Positions 34,034-43,653 of a DNA stretch of 64,000 nt are shown here, one piece after another. Numbering within the stretch: position 1 is the first letter of the stretch; each line of letters opens with the position of its first letter. The stretch covers positions 29,653 through 93,652 of the forward strand of contig JABHSE010000001.1 of the NCBI GenBank assembly GCA_018697035.1, given 5' to 3'. The notes beneath the pieces are model-generated. The model was not told where the DNA came from and did not search any database. It worked only from the letters and a program-made list of their open reading frames with translations. The DNA comes from an archaeon (GTDB taxonomy: Archaea > Nanobdellota > Nanobdellia > Pacearchaeales > GW2011-AR1). Made by a program: the position numbers and the translations under genes.

Positions 34034-34540
34034 ATGGTGAAAAAGGAAAAGATTTGTAATAAGAAAAAAATTATTGTTGTTTTAGCTGTTCTTCTTGTGC
34101 TGACTTTTGGAGTTATAATCAAGAGTTTGTTTTTTACAGGTGAAGTGATTGCTAATACTCAGGAGGTCGAGATAGTTCCCTTGACTCAAGAAGAAATTCA
34201 ATTAATAGGGCGTACGATTTTATCGAGTGAGTTTGTGGAGGATGTTCCTTCGAAGTATCCAATTGCACTTAGGTTTTTTAGTTTTTCTCAAAGCGGTGAG
34301 AAAATATGGAGAAGTGGGTTTTTGATCGGGGAAAATCAATTGTTGACTAGTGGAGATGCTGGGGTTTATCTTTCGCTTAATTCAAAGTATATTTCTGAGT
34401 TTGCTCAATCTAATATATGTGATGTGATTCGTGTGGCTAATGTGAATGGTGATCTTGGTTTTGATAGTCCGTATAATAAGGCGTCTCTTTTGTTGAAGTA
34501 TTCTGGGATGGTGAAGCATAGGGATTGTTTTGGTTTCTAA
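34034..34540 (+). CDS. hypothetical secreted/membrane-anchored protein
   Basis: N-terminal TM/signal segment (IIVVLAVLLVLTFGVII). Confidence 0.35.
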   Translation: MVKKEKICNKKKIIVVLAVLLVLTFGVIIKSLFFTGEVIANTQEVEIVPLTQEEIQLIGRTILSSEFVEDVPSKYPIALRFFSFSQSGEKIWRSGFLIGENQLLTSGDAGVYLSLNSKYISEFAQSNICDVIRVANVNGDLGFDSPYNKASLLLKYSGMVKHRDCFGF

Positions 34541-34576
34541 GGTTAGGTTTAAATAAGGTTGAGTTTTTTTAGAGAT

Positions 34577-35185
34577 ATGAAATTAATTTTTGTTGGTCCG
34601 CAGGGAAGTGGAAAAGGAACGCAGGCCAAGAGGATTGCTCGCAAATTTGGGCTTTGTCATATTTCTACGGGAGACTTGTTGCGTGAGGTTGATGGAGAGC
34701 TGAAGACTGAAGTTGATAAAATTATGAGTCGAGGGGATCTTGTTTCTGATGAGTTGATTGTTCGGATTTTGAAGGAGAAGTTAGAGAGTGATGAATGCAA
34801 GAGCGGATTTATTTTGGATGGGTTTCCGAGGAATGTTGCGCAAGTTGAGGAGTTGGCGAAGATTACGGAAATTGATAGGGTTGTTGAGATTGCGATTTCG
34901 GATGAAGAGAGTGTGAGGCGGATTTCGGGAAGGAGGGGTTGTGGGAAATGTGGTGCGATTTATAATATTGCTACGGCTCCGAAGCCTAAGGTTGAAGGTG
35001 TTTGTGATGATTGTGGGGGTGAGTTGATTCAAAGAAAGGATGATAATGAGGAGGCTTTGCGAGAGAGATTAAAGGTTTATCATGAAGATACGGAGAGCAT
35101 TTTGGAGAGGTATACCTCCGTTAGAGTTGATGGAGAGCAGAGTATTGAGAAAGTATTTGAAGGTGTAGTTGAGGTTCTAGATTAG
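34577..35185 (+). CDS. adk: adenylate kinase, long bacterial type with zinc-binding lid
   Basis: MKLIFVGPQGSGKGTQA. Lid CGKCGAIYN...CDDCGGEL. Confidence 0.85.
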   Translation: MKLIFVGPQGSGKGTQAKRIARKFGLCHISTGDLLREVDGELKTEVDKIMSRGDLVSDELIVRILKEKLESDECKSGFILDGFPRNVAQVEELAKITEIDRVVEIAISDEESVRRISGRRGCGKCGAIYNIATAPKPKVEGVCDDCGGELIQRKDDNEEALRERLKVYHEDTESILERYTSVRVDGEQSIEKVFEGVVEVLD

Positions 35186-35443
35186 TTTATTTTCCTTTTC
35201 TAGGTTTTCTTTTTGTTGTCGTTCCTCTTCTATCATCCTGTTTCTTAATTCGGATATTTTTTCCAGAATTCGTTTTGCTTTTTCCGGAGAGTCTCTTGCT
35301 GTATTTAAAATGTAGAGGATTTTTCTTAAAATGTCGTCGTAGGATTCTCTTTTATGCTCTCTTAATTTCTCTATACGGAACTTAGTTTCCTCTAGAAGTT
35401 TTATCGTGGTGATTTTTTCTTCAGGTTTTTTTTTGTTACTCAT
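35177..35443 (-). CDS. ribbon-helix-helix-like small DNA-binding protein
   Basis: KITTIKLLEETKFRIEKL looks like a beta-strand plus helix, as in CopG/Arc/MetJ. It overlaps the adk end on the opposite strand. Confidence 0.4.
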   Translation of the reverse strand: MSNKKKPEEKITTIKLLEETKFRIEKLREHKRESYDDILRKILYILNTARDSPEKAKRILEKISELRNRMIEEERQQKENLEKENKLI

Positions 35444-35559
35444 TTTTACGATATGATGTATACCCTAGTATACTTTTTAAAGTTTTTTGTCTCTCTAGAA
35501 TTACAACAGACGTAAGGTTTATATAGGTTTTGGAGGTTATTATTTTAACTAAATTCAAA

Positions 35560-36756
35560 ATGAAAAATATGAAAAGAAATGTACTTTTGATTCCTTTTGT
35601 AGCAGTTCTAACTTTGTTGGTTGCTTCTGTGGCTTCGGCCGGATTGGCTACTAATATTGATACTGACTTCAATGGTGTTGCCTTAAGTGGTAGTACCATG
35701 GTTGGGGATGTTGACGACGTTGTACCTATAAGGGTTACGTTTGATTCTATCGCTGATGAGACAGATGTTAAGGTAAAGGTTTACATGGAAGGTCACCGGG
35801 ACGATGTGTCTGCCTATACTAATAGGTTTGATATTGAAAACGGTAACACTTACACGAAACTTTTATCTCTAGAGTTGCCTTCTGATTCTAACTTTTTGTC
35901 TGAAGAATATACTCTCTATGTAGAGATTGTTTCTCAAGATGATAAGAGTGAAGAGAGGTATACTGTTAGTATGCAAAGAGAATCGTATACCTTAGAGATT
36001 TTATCCGTTGATTATTCTTCGGAAGTTTCTGCTGGTGACGTTTTTCCTGTTTCTGTTGTCGTAAAGAATATTGGTTACAATAGAATGGATGATGCTTATG
36101 TTGTTGTTTCAGTTCCTGCTTTGGGTGTTTCTACTCGAGGTTATGTTGGAGATATAATTCCAACTGAGGACTATATTGATTACGACGATGAAGAAGATTC
36201 TGTTTATCGAACTGTTTACTTACAAATTCCAGAGAACGCTGTTAATGGTGTTTATGATTTGGACGTTGAAGTTTACAACGATGATACTGAAACTAGTGTT
36301 ACTAAGTTGATTGCTGTTGGCGGATCTGCCTCTAGTATGATTTTAGCTGCTGTAAAGAATCAAGATTTGAATGCTGGAGAGACTATAACATATGATATGA
36401 TTATAGTTAATTCTGCGGACGATGTTAAAGTTTTCAATATTGATAGTGTCTCTAGTGATGACTTGAGTGTATCAGTGCCTTCCGTTATTACTGTTGGTCC
36501 AGATGCAAGCGAGACAATCCAGATTACTGTTACTGCATCTAGCGATGCTGAAGTTGGAACTTATACTTTCTCTGTAGATGCTAATGGCCAGAGTCTTGTT
36601 TTTGGTGCTAATGTTGTTGGAGCTTCGGTTTCGACTTCTGTTGTTGCCTTGACAGTTATCCTTGCTATTATCTTTATCGTGCTTCTTGCTGTTTTGGTTG
36701 TTCTTCTTACAAAGAAGGAAAGGCCAATCGAAGAAGTAGAGACAAGTTATTACTAA
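35560..36756 (+). CDS. cell-surface protein with N-terminal signal peptide and C-terminal TM anchor
   Basis: Signal peptide MKNMKRNVLLIPFVAVLTLLVASVASA. Acidic, Thr/Ser/Val-rich beta-type ectodomain. C-terminal anchor ALTVILAIIFIVLLAVLVVLLTKKE. Confidence 0.5.
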   Translation: MKNMKRNVLLIPFVAVLTLLVASVASAGLATNIDTDFNGVALSGSTMVGDVDDVVPIRVTFDSIADETDVKVKVYMEGHRDDVSAYTNRFDIENGNTYTKLLSLELPSDSNFLSEEYTLYVEIVSQDDKSEERYTVSMQRESYTLEILSVDYSSEVSAGDVFPVSVVVKNIGYNRMDDAYVVVSVPALGVSTRGYVGDIIPTEDYIDYDDEEDSVYRTVYLQIPENAVNGVYDLDVEVYNDDTETSVTKLIAVGGSASSMILAAVKNQDLNAGETITYDMIIVNSADDVKVFNIDSVSSDDLSVSVPSVITVGPDASETIQITVTASSDAEVGTYTFSVDANGQSLVFGANVVGASVSTSVVALTVILAIIFIVLLAVLVVLLTKKERPIEEVETSYY

Positions 36757-36810
36757 ATCTTATAATTATTTTTATTTTTATTTTGCCCCCTTTGGGGCTT
36801 AGAATTTTTT

Positions 36811-37284
36811 TTGGGGTGTCTGGAGACTATGATGGAAGGATTGGATATTAGGATTGTGAAGGATAGGGAAGATTTTAGAGGCATCTCTGGATGTGATATT
36901 CTTAAGAAGTTTAATTGGCCTTTGCCGGAGAATAAGTATTATGCCGCTGCTGCTTTGGATGGTAATTTTGTTGGATTTTGGGACGGAGATGTTGGGCATC
37001 ATTTTGTCTCTAAAAGTATTGGGGCAAAGGATTCTTGTTTTTATTCTAATATGATTTTTACTAGAGTTGGGAATAAGGGGATTGGCACTGAGATAAAGAG
37101 GCATCAGTTGGAGTTTGCTAGAGAGATTGGTTGTAAATCTTCTTATTGTGAGGTTCTTAATCCAAGTAATATTTATGCTATTAAGATTCAGAGGAGATTA
37201 GAGAGAGAGTTTAAGGTTAGAGAAAGGGACATGGGTTCTGAAGGTTATCAATTCTGCTTTGATTTGTGGAAATTAGATTTATAA
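36811..37284 (+). CDS. GNAT-family acetyltransferase (putative)
   Basis: RVGNKGIGTEI fits the GNAT CoA-binding R/QxxGxG/A motif. Confidence 0.4.
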   Translation: MGCLETMMEGLDIRIVKDREDFRGISGCDILKKFNWPLPENKYYAAAALDGNFVGFWDGDVGHHFVSKSIGAKDSCFYSNMIFTRVGNKGIGTEIKRHQLEFAREIGCKSSYCEVLNPSNIYAIKIQRRLEREFKVRERDMGSEGYQFCFDLWKLDL

Positions 37285-37286
37285 AG
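37277..37286 (+). promoter_or_regulatory. TATA box atttataaag for pilin gene
   Basis: About 25 nt upstream of ATG 37307. Confidence 0.5.
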
Positions 37287-37306
37287 TTGGGTTTGTTGTT
37301 ATTTCT

Positions 37307-37750
37307 ATGAGAGTTGGAAATCGTGGTGTGTCTCCCGTTGTTGCGAGTGTTCTTTTGATATTGCTGGTTTTTGTTCTTACTGCCTTTGTTTTTTCCTGGG
37401 CTCGTACATTTATTCTTAATAGTTCCGATAATGGTGAGTTTTCTGCTAGTGAATTATGCTCTACTGTTGATTTTAATATTGTGTTTAATGGGATTAGCCC
37501 CTCTGATGTTTATAATTTTGATATTGTGAATCGTGGGAATGTTAATATAAGTTCTCTAAAATTTAAAGTTTATTCTGGTGGAGATTCGCGTCTTGTTAAT
37601 TCGGGTGTTGGTATTTTAGTTGATGGTGCTAATAGTGGTAGTGTTGAGTTGAGTGGTACTGTTGATGAGGTCGAGGTTTTGCCTGTGTTGAATATTGATT
37701 CTTCAGATGTTGTTTGTATCAATGATCCTGTTTATTTTTACAGTGCTTGA
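37307..37750 (+). CDS. archaeal type IV pilin-like protein (class III signal peptide, DUF361-type)
   Basis: N-terminus MRVGNRGVSPVVASVLLILLVFVLTAF matches the archaeal pilin consensus [KR]G[VI]SPV[IV]A[ST][VL]LLI. TATA box at 37277-37286. Confidence 0.6.
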   Translation: MRVGNRGVSPVVASVLLILLVFVLTAFVFSWARTFILNSSDNGEFSASELCSTVDFNIVFNGISPSDVYNFDIVNRGNVNISSLKFKVYSGGDSRLVNSGVGILVDGANSGSVELSGTVDEVEVLPVLNIDSSDVVCINDPVYFYSA

Positions 37751-40615
37751 TTAGATTTTTAGACTTATGATTTTTGACATATTCTCTTGCATGGATACTC
37801 CATAAAGATTCGAAGCCTCGGATATTAAGGTGTCGTTGTGTGTGATTATGATGTATTGTCCGGCTGTCATGTATTTTTTTATTAGGGCTGCTAGGAGCTC
37901 GGAATTGTGTTTGTCTAAGGCTGCGTCGATTTCGTCGAATACGTAGAAGCAGTATGGTTTGTATTCTTGGATTGCGAAGATTAGGGATAGTGCGACTAGG
38001 GTTTTTTCTCCTCCTGAAAGTGAAGTTATGTCGAAGTATCGTCCACGGGAGACTTTTACTAATATATTTAGTCCTGCGGAGAAGGGATCTTTTTTGTTTT
38101 CTAGTTCTAAGACGACTTCACCTTTTCTTGATAGTTGTATGAAATTTCTTGTGAAGTATTCATTCACGGCGTTAAGGGTAGAGAGGAAGGATTTCTTTTT
38201 CTTTTTGTCTATCTCCTGTATTATTTTTTCTATTTGTTCTTTCTCTTCGTGGATGGTTTTGACTTTTCCTTCTATGAGTGTTACCTGTTCTTCAATTTTG
38301 TCGAAGACCTCTAGGGCCCGCAAGTTTACATTTCCCAGTCTTGACATTCTAAATTGTGATTTCTGTAATCGTTCTTTTATTTGTTCTATTGGGAGAGTTA
38401 GTATTTCTTCGGAGATGAATTCAGAGAGCTCGGAATTTAGGGATTCGATTTGTGCTCCAAGTTGTGCTACGAGAATTTTATTATGATTTATTTTGTCTTC
38501 TAAGTTTTTGACAGTGTGTTGTAATCCGATGATATCGGTTTCTACTACTTTTTGTTGGTCTTGTAGAGAGTTTCTGAAGTCGAAGAATTTTTGAGATTTC
38601 TCGTAGAGCTTTTGTTCTTCAATTTCTTTTTTTACTGCTTCCTTATCTTTTTCGGTTATTCGTAATTCTATTTTTCTTAGTTCTATTTGAGATTCTTCCA
38701 TGTCTCTTTGTGTTGCCTTCAGTTCGATAGTTAGTCTTCCGGTTTCTCTTTTTTTTAATTGGATTTCTGTATCTACGTCCATATCAGCAAAGGATATCTC
38801 CTGGAGAGTTAGTCTTGTTTCGTCATATTTCTCCTCAATGTCTTTGAGGGATTCGTAGTTTGTTCTCTTAGAATGTATTTTCTCGTTTATGGATTTCAGC
38901 TCTTCTTTCGTTTCTATTTGTTTTCCTGTTATTATTTTTATTTGTGCTTTTTTCTCGTCAGAGTTTTTTAGTTTGATTCTATCTATTCTTAGTTCTTCTA
39001 GTTTTGTTTGCAGAAGTGATAACCTTTCTTTTATGTGGCTTATTCTTGCGATGTCTTCGGTTTTTGTTTTAAGGTTTGTTTTCATTTCCTTGGATACGGA
39101 TTCTATTTTTGTGTCTGCGTCTGTTGATATTTTGTGTTTGTGATTTTCTCCTACATCTTGTTTGCAGATTGGACATGATTTCAAAGATGTTACGTCGTAT
39201 TTTAGTTTATTTTCTCGTTTGACATCCATTTCTAAAATGGCGTTTCTTTTTTCTTTTTCTAGTATTTGTCTTTCTAGTGTTGATATTTGATCTATTGTTT
39301 TTTCTATCTTAGAGCTTGTTTCTGATTTTAGCGATTTGTTTGATTCTGGTGTTTTTTCGTATTTGATTTCGTGAAAGAGGGAAGTGATTGTTTGTTCTAT
39401 TAGTTGGACTTCTTTTTGAGATTCTATTAGGAATTTTTCTTTTTGAGATTTCTGATTTTCTAGAGTTGAGAGATCGGATTTCAAGATGTAGAATTTTCTT
39501 CTTTGTTGTTCTAGTATGTCGAATTTTTCTTGGAGAATTTTTTGTTGCTCTTGTTGCTTTTTTATTTCAGGAGATGCTGTCCTTATTTCTGACATCTCTT
39601 GATTTAATTTTTCTATTTTTCCTTTCAATTTTTCTATTTTCTCTTTTCCTTGAATAAGTCTGTTGTCGAAATTTTCTCTCCGGACATCTAGACCTGCTAG
39701 GTCGGCTTTTAGGTCAGATATCTCTCCATGAAGGACTTCTTGTTCGTTGGATGTTGAGGATTGTATTTGTTTGTTTACTGCCAGAATTTTACCTTGGAAT
39801 TCTTCGGCTTTGAAGTTTTTTTCCTGTATGATTTTTTTTATTTTTTTTATTTCGAGATTAATTTCTTCTATTTTTTTATTTATTTCAGAGACTTCTTTTT
39901 CTTTATTGTTCTTAGTTTTAACTAGAAGGGTTTTTTTGCATCGTTTTATTGTAGTTTCTAATTTTTGATAAGAGATTGCTTCTTGCCTCTCTTTGTTTAG
40001 GTTTTTTAGGTAAGATGTTTTCTCTCTTAGTACTGCAGATATTTCCTTTAGCCTTTCTTCTGTTTTTTCTAATTCTCTAAGGGATTTGTGCTTTCTTGTT
40101 TCGTATATTGATATCCCTGCGACCTCTTCTATTATTTTTCGTCTTTCTTCGGCTGTTGCTTTTACTAAGGATTGGATTTCTCCTTGGAGGACTATGTTGA
40201 ATCCGTTTGGGTCTACGCCGGCTTGAGATAAGAGTTCTAGGATATCTTGACGGGTTTTTGTTTTGCCGTTGATTCTGTATATTGATTGTCCGGTTTTCCG
40301 TACGGTTCTTTTGATTGTGACTTCTTTTTCATCTATTGCGAAGGTTTTGTCTGTGTTGTCGAAGGTTAGTTCTACTGATGCTTCTTGTGAGCCTTTGTAT
40401 GTTTTGTTTCCGGAGAAGAGTAAGTTTGCTGCTTTTGCGGCTCTTATTGATTTAATTGAGAGTCTTCCGAGTACGAAGCAGAGAGCGTCAGTTATGTTTG
40501 ATTTTCCTGAGCCGTTTGGTCCGACTATTACGTTCATTGAGTTGTTTAGGGGTATTTCGGTTTTTCTTGCGAAGGATTTGAAACCGTGCATCGTCATCTT
40601 TTTTATGTGGGTCAT
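37751..40615 (-). CDS. SMC-family ABC ATPase (954 aa) with a mid-coiled-coil CxxC zinc-hook-like motif in place of a hinge
   Basis: N-terminal head GFKSF...VIVGPNGSGKSNITDALCFVLG and NGFNIVLQGEIQSLVKATAEERRKIIEEVAGIS (SMC-type). C-terminal LSGGEKTLVALSLIFAI, FYVFDEIDAALD, IIITHN. Mid-protein LKSCPICKQ. Confidence 0.8.
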   Translation of the reverse strand: MTHIKKMTMHGFKSFARKTEIPLNNSMNVIVGPNGSGKSNITDALCFVLGRLSIKSIRAAKAANLLFSGNKTYKGSQEASVELTFDNTDKTFAIDEKEVTIKRTVRKTGQSIYRINGKTKTRQDILELLSQAGVDPNGFNIVLQGEIQSLVKATAEERRKIIEEVAGISIYETRKHKSLRELEKTEERLKEISAVLREKTSYLKNLNKERQEAISYQKLETTIKRCKKTLLVKTKNNKEKEVSEINKKIEEINLEIKKIKKIIQEKNFKAEEFQGKILAVNKQIQSSTSNEQEVLHGEISDLKADLAGLDVRRENFDNRLIQGKEKIEKLKGKIEKLNQEMSEIRTASPEIKKQQEQQKILQEKFDILEQQRRKFYILKSDLSTLENQKSQKEKFLIESQKEVQLIEQTITSLFHEIKYEKTPESNKSLKSETSSKIEKTIDQISTLERQILEKEKRNAILEMDVKRENKLKYDVTSLKSCPICKQDVGENHKHKISTDADTKIESVSKEMKTNLKTKTEDIARISHIKERLSLLQTKLEELRIDRIKLKNSDEKKAQIKIITGKQIETKEELKSINEKIHSKRTNYESLKDIEEKYDETRLTLQEISFADMDVDTEIQLKKRETGRLTIELKATQRDMEESQIELRKIELRITEKDKEAVKKEIEEQKLYEKSQKFFDFRNSLQDQQKVVETDIIGLQHTVKNLEDKINHNKILVAQLGAQIESLNSELSEFISEEILTLPIEQIKERLQKSQFRMSRLGNVNLRALEVFDKIEEQVTLIEGKVKTIHEEKEQIEKIIQEIDKKKKKSFLSTLNAVNEYFTRNFIQLSRKGEVVLELENKKDPFSAGLNILVKVSRGRYFDITSLSGGEKTLVALSLIFAIQEYKPYCFYVFDEIDAALDKHNSELLAALIKKYMTAGQYIIITHNDTLISEASNLYGVSMQENMSKIISLKI

Positions 40616-40649
40616 TTGTTTTTTAAGGGAGTGGGGTTTTTAAGAATTG

Positions 40650-41528
40650 TTAGGACAATTTTAGGAGTTTTGCCAAGTCTTTGCTTAGGATATTTTCTCC
40701 TTTACTTAATAATTCTCTTTGGGTTGCTGGACCATGATAGTCTGAACCGTAGCTGATTGGAAGATTATTTTCCTTGGCGAATGTTTCGAATTTATGGTAG
40801 GGATATTTTTCTTTGAAAAGTGGCTGTACTTCTAAGAAATCTATGCCTTGCTCTACTAGAATTTCTAACTCTTTCATTCTTTTGATGTCCTTAGGTGGGT
40901 GAGCGATTCCAATTATTCCTCCTGCTTCATGTACTATATCTATTGCTTCTTTCGGGTCTACTCCTATTCTGGGCTTGAGGTCTCCCGCTATTCCCTTTTT
41001 ACCTAGGTAATATTTGAATAATCTTTCTGGTGATAATTCTGAGTGCTTTTCTTGAATGTATTCTCTACATTCTTTGTCTTTGTAAAATATTTCTTTTATG
41101 TTTCCTTTACCTATTCTTGAGTCTGGATATTCGGATCTTATTTTTTCCATTGTTATCGGGAGGCCTGATTTTTGTAGAATATCTACCCTTGTTTTACATC
41201 GGGTGTATTGTATGTCTCTTGAATGTTTTAGGAATTTTTGGAGTTTTGAGTTTTCGGGATTGAAATTTAATGCTAGTAGGTGGTAGTTTTGGGTTGTGAT
41301 CTCTGCTGCTGGTAAAAGTTTTACTCCGTATTGTTCTGCGGTTTTATAGGCTTCGAAATATCCCCGTGTATGATCGTGGTCTGCTATTGCCATGACGTCT
41401 ATTCCTTTCATTGTTGATATTTTTATTATTTGTGTTGGGTCTAATTGTCCATCCGAGTATTTCGTGTGCATATGGAGGTCTATGTACTTTGTTTTCATGT
41501 TAATCGAAATGGAATACCCGTCCTTCAT
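40650..41528 (-). CDS. PHP-domain metal-dependent phosphoesterase (COG0613 TrpH/YciV-like)
   Basis: DLHMHTKYSDG, MAIADHDHTRGY and GIAHPP motifs. Lies immediately upstream of the SMC-like gene in the same transcription direction. Confidence 0.7.
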   Translation of the reverse strand: MKDGYSISINMKTKYIDLHMHTKYSDGQLDPTQIIKISTMKGIDVMAIADHDHTRGYFEAYKTAEQYGVKLLPAAEITTQNYHLLALNFNPENSKLQKFLKHSRDIQYTRCKTRVDILQKSGLPITMEKIRSEYPDSRIGKGNIKEIFYKDKECREYIQEKHSELSPERLFKYYLGKKGIAGDLKPRIGVDPKEAIDIVHEAGGIIGIAHPPKDIKRMKELEILVEQGIDFLEVQPLFKEKYPYHKFETFAKENNLPISYGSDYHGPATQRELLSKGENILSKDLAKLLKLS

Positions 41529-41751
41529 TTAGTTGATCTTCTAAATCTCGATTGTATGAGTAAACTTCCATTACCTTTTGCATGTTTACTCCATTTATTT
41601 TGCTGTATTCTTCAGTTGCATTTTGGTTTTTTGAGACATATACTGGATAGTCTTCGTAGTCGAATGTGTCACAAACTACGATCATGTGGGTGATATTTTT
41701 TTCTTTGCCGTTTTCGAGCCAATTGCTTATGTCTTTTCTTGTTGTTCCCAT
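41500..41751 (-). CDS. hypothetical small protein, first gene of the PHP/SMC-like unit
   Basis: ORF that overlaps the PHP gene start by about 29 nt on the same strand. Confidence 0.3.
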   Translation of the reverse strand: MGTTRKDISNWLENGKEKNITHMIVVCDTFDYEDYPVYVSKNQNATEEYSKINGVNMQKVMEVYSYNRDLEDQLNEGRVFHFD

Positions 41752-41811
41752 AATTATACTTAACAATAGAAACGTTTATATATCTCCTATATGATTTATA
41801 TAAATAATATA

Positions 41812-42705
41812 ATGAAGCGAAAAGTGATAAAACAGGCGAACCAGGCGTATACTTTGACGTTGCCGATCGACTGGGTTAGGGCTAATAAGATTTCTGAAAA
41901 ATGTGAGATTGACGTTGTTGTGGATGGTCGGAGTTTGTTGGTTTCGAATGAAGGCGGTGTTGTTAAGAAAAAGGCGAAGTTGGATGTTTCGGGGTTTGAG
42001 TATAGGAACGTTTATCGCCACATTAACGCGCTTTATGCTAAGGGAGTGGATGAGATTGAGATTAGTTCGGATAAGGAAATTTCGTCTTTGATAATTAAGT
42101 TGTTGAATTCTTTGATTGGATATGTTTTAGTTTCTCAAGAGGATGGGAAATATGTAATAAAGGATATTAGCGGTGGTGGTTATGGTGATTTGGATGAAGT
42201 TTTCAAGAGGGCGTTCCAGTCAGTTATTTTATTTTATGATTCTGCTATTAGTGACGTTTTCGGTGCGGGTATTGAGAGTGAGAGTAGTTTGAGGATGCGG
42301 GATTTGGAGGTGAATAAGCTTTGTTTTTATTTGCAGAGGGCTATTAATAAGATGTCTTATGGGGATGCTGTTCGGGGACGGAGTCTATTTAGTTATTCAC
42401 TTGAGTTGGAAAAAATTGGGGACGATATTTTGAGATTTTGGAGAGCGAATCTTGGGAAAAAAATTAAGAAAACTAAAGAGCTTAGAGAGATTGTTGATTT
42501 GTCAAGAAAGTGTCTTCACTGGACTTTTGATTCCTATTATAGATTTGATTCAAAGGAATTAGAGAAAGTTTTTGATTTGAGAGAGAAAGTTAGAAAAAAG
42601 GTTGCGGTGATTAAAGGGCAGGATGTTTTTGCTCGGCAGGCATTGAGGATTGCGGAAGGTGCTGTTGATTTGAATCATTTGGTTTTAATGATGAAACTAG
42701 AATAG
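41812..42705 (+). CDS. putative regulator with AbrB/SpoVT-like N-terminal domain and PhoU-like helical domain
   Basis: The N-terminus (YTLTLPIDWVRANKISEKCEIDVVVDGRSLLV) resembles a swapped-hairpin AbrB/MazE domain. The rest is helical and repeat-like. Assigned by inference. Confidence 0.35.
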   Translation: MKRKVIKQANQAYTLTLPIDWVRANKISEKCEIDVVVDGRSLLVSNEGGVVKKKAKLDVSGFEYRNVYRHINALYAKGVDEIEISSDKEISSLIIKLLNSLIGYVLVSQEDGKYVIKDISGGGYGDLDEVFKRAFQSVILFYDSAISDVFGAGIESESSLRMRDLEVNKLCFYLQRAINKMSYGDAVRGRSLFSYSLELEKIGDDILRFWRANLGKKIKKTKELREIVDLSRKCLHWTFDSYYRFDSKELEKVFDLREKVRKKVAVIKGQDVFARQALRIAEGAVDLNHLVLMMKLE

Positions 42706-43356
42706 TTTTTTCTGTGACGAATTTTTTGCCTTGAATAATTTTTTTACTGTATTCCAGGAGAACCTTATAATAGGAGAGTATTTTTCGTTGTCGAAATTTT
42801 CAGTTATAAATTTTTTTGTTTTTGGATCTGCTGGATATCCTGATCCGAAATCTATTTTATATTTTTGTTTTAGTTTGTATACCTCGTCTTCTCTAGATTC
42901 TTTTGCTAGTATTGATGCTGCTCCGACAATTGGGTGGTTTGCGTCTGCTTTGTGTTCGCATTTTAGGATTATTTGTTTTGGATTTTTTAGAAGCTGCTGA
43001 ACGTCGTTTGACCAGGATTCTATGTTTACTGAGGGGCAATCTACTACTGCTGTGGTTTTTTCTTTTAGGTTTTTTGTTAGATGGTTTATGATTTCGGCTG
43101 TTTTGATTGCTTCTAGGTAGTTTAGGTTTGTCGAGTCGTCGATTTGTTTTGGGGAGGATTTGACTATGTGGTGGGTGAACTTAGGTCTTAGGGATTCTGC
43201 TATTTTTCTTCTTTGGAGTGGAGATAAGAGTTTTGAGTCTTTTGCATTTAGGGCTTTTATTTTTGGTTCGTCTTTTTCGTCTATTATTACTCCTGCTAGG
43301 GTCATCGGGCCTAAGACTGGGCCTCTGCCTGCGTCGTCGATTCCTAGGACTTTCAT
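42697..43356 (-). CDS. rnhB: ribonuclease HII
   Basis: MKVLGIDDAGRGPVLGPM, then DSK and the C-terminal ILAKESRDE. Confidence 0.85.
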   Translation of the reverse strand: MKVLGIDDAGRGPVLGPMTLAGVIIDEKDEPKIKALNAKDSKLLSPLQRRKIAESLRPKFTHHIVKSSPKQIDDSTNLNYLEAIKTAEIINHLTKNLKEKTTAVVDCPSVNIESWSNDVQQLLKNPKQIILKCEHKADANHPIVGAASILAKESREDEVYKLKQKYKIDFGSGYPADPKTKKFITENFDNEKYSPIIRFSWNTVKKLFKAKNSSQKKLF

Positions 43357-43387
43357 GTTTGATTAAATCGTCAAGAGTTTATAAGAA

Positions 43388-43463
43388 TAGCGGGGACGGG
43401 ATTTGAACCACGTGACCTTGAGGTTATGGGCCTCACGAGCTGACCAGACTGCTCCACCCCGCT
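43388..43463 (-). tRNA. initiator tRNA-Met (anticodon CAT, A1:U72)
   Basis: Reverse complement reads agcggggtggagcag...tgagg-cccataa-cctca...ttcaaatcccgtccccgct+a. The acceptor agcgggg/ccccgct carries the archaeal initiator A1:U72. Confidence 0.75.
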
Positions 43464-43504
43464 ATAATAGGAGGAGATAGTTTCGACTTTTAAAGATTTG
43501 GATA

Positions 43505-43522
43505 ATGTGGGAAGGAGGATTC
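43505..43522 (-). repeat. direct repeat of the last 18 nt of tRNA-Leu, 130 bp downstream of the gene
   Basis: atgtgggaaggaggattc at 43505-43522 is identical to 43653-43670 at the tRNA 3' end. Confidence 0.8.
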
Positions 43523-43653
43523 TATTCACAATTCACTCTAAAATTTTCCTTATCATTTCGTTTGGGAAAATTCGAGCAAAGATTTTCGCCCCCGTATTCT
43601 ACGAGCATTAGAATTATCCATCAAATATAATTCCTTTTGGAAATTATATAGTA

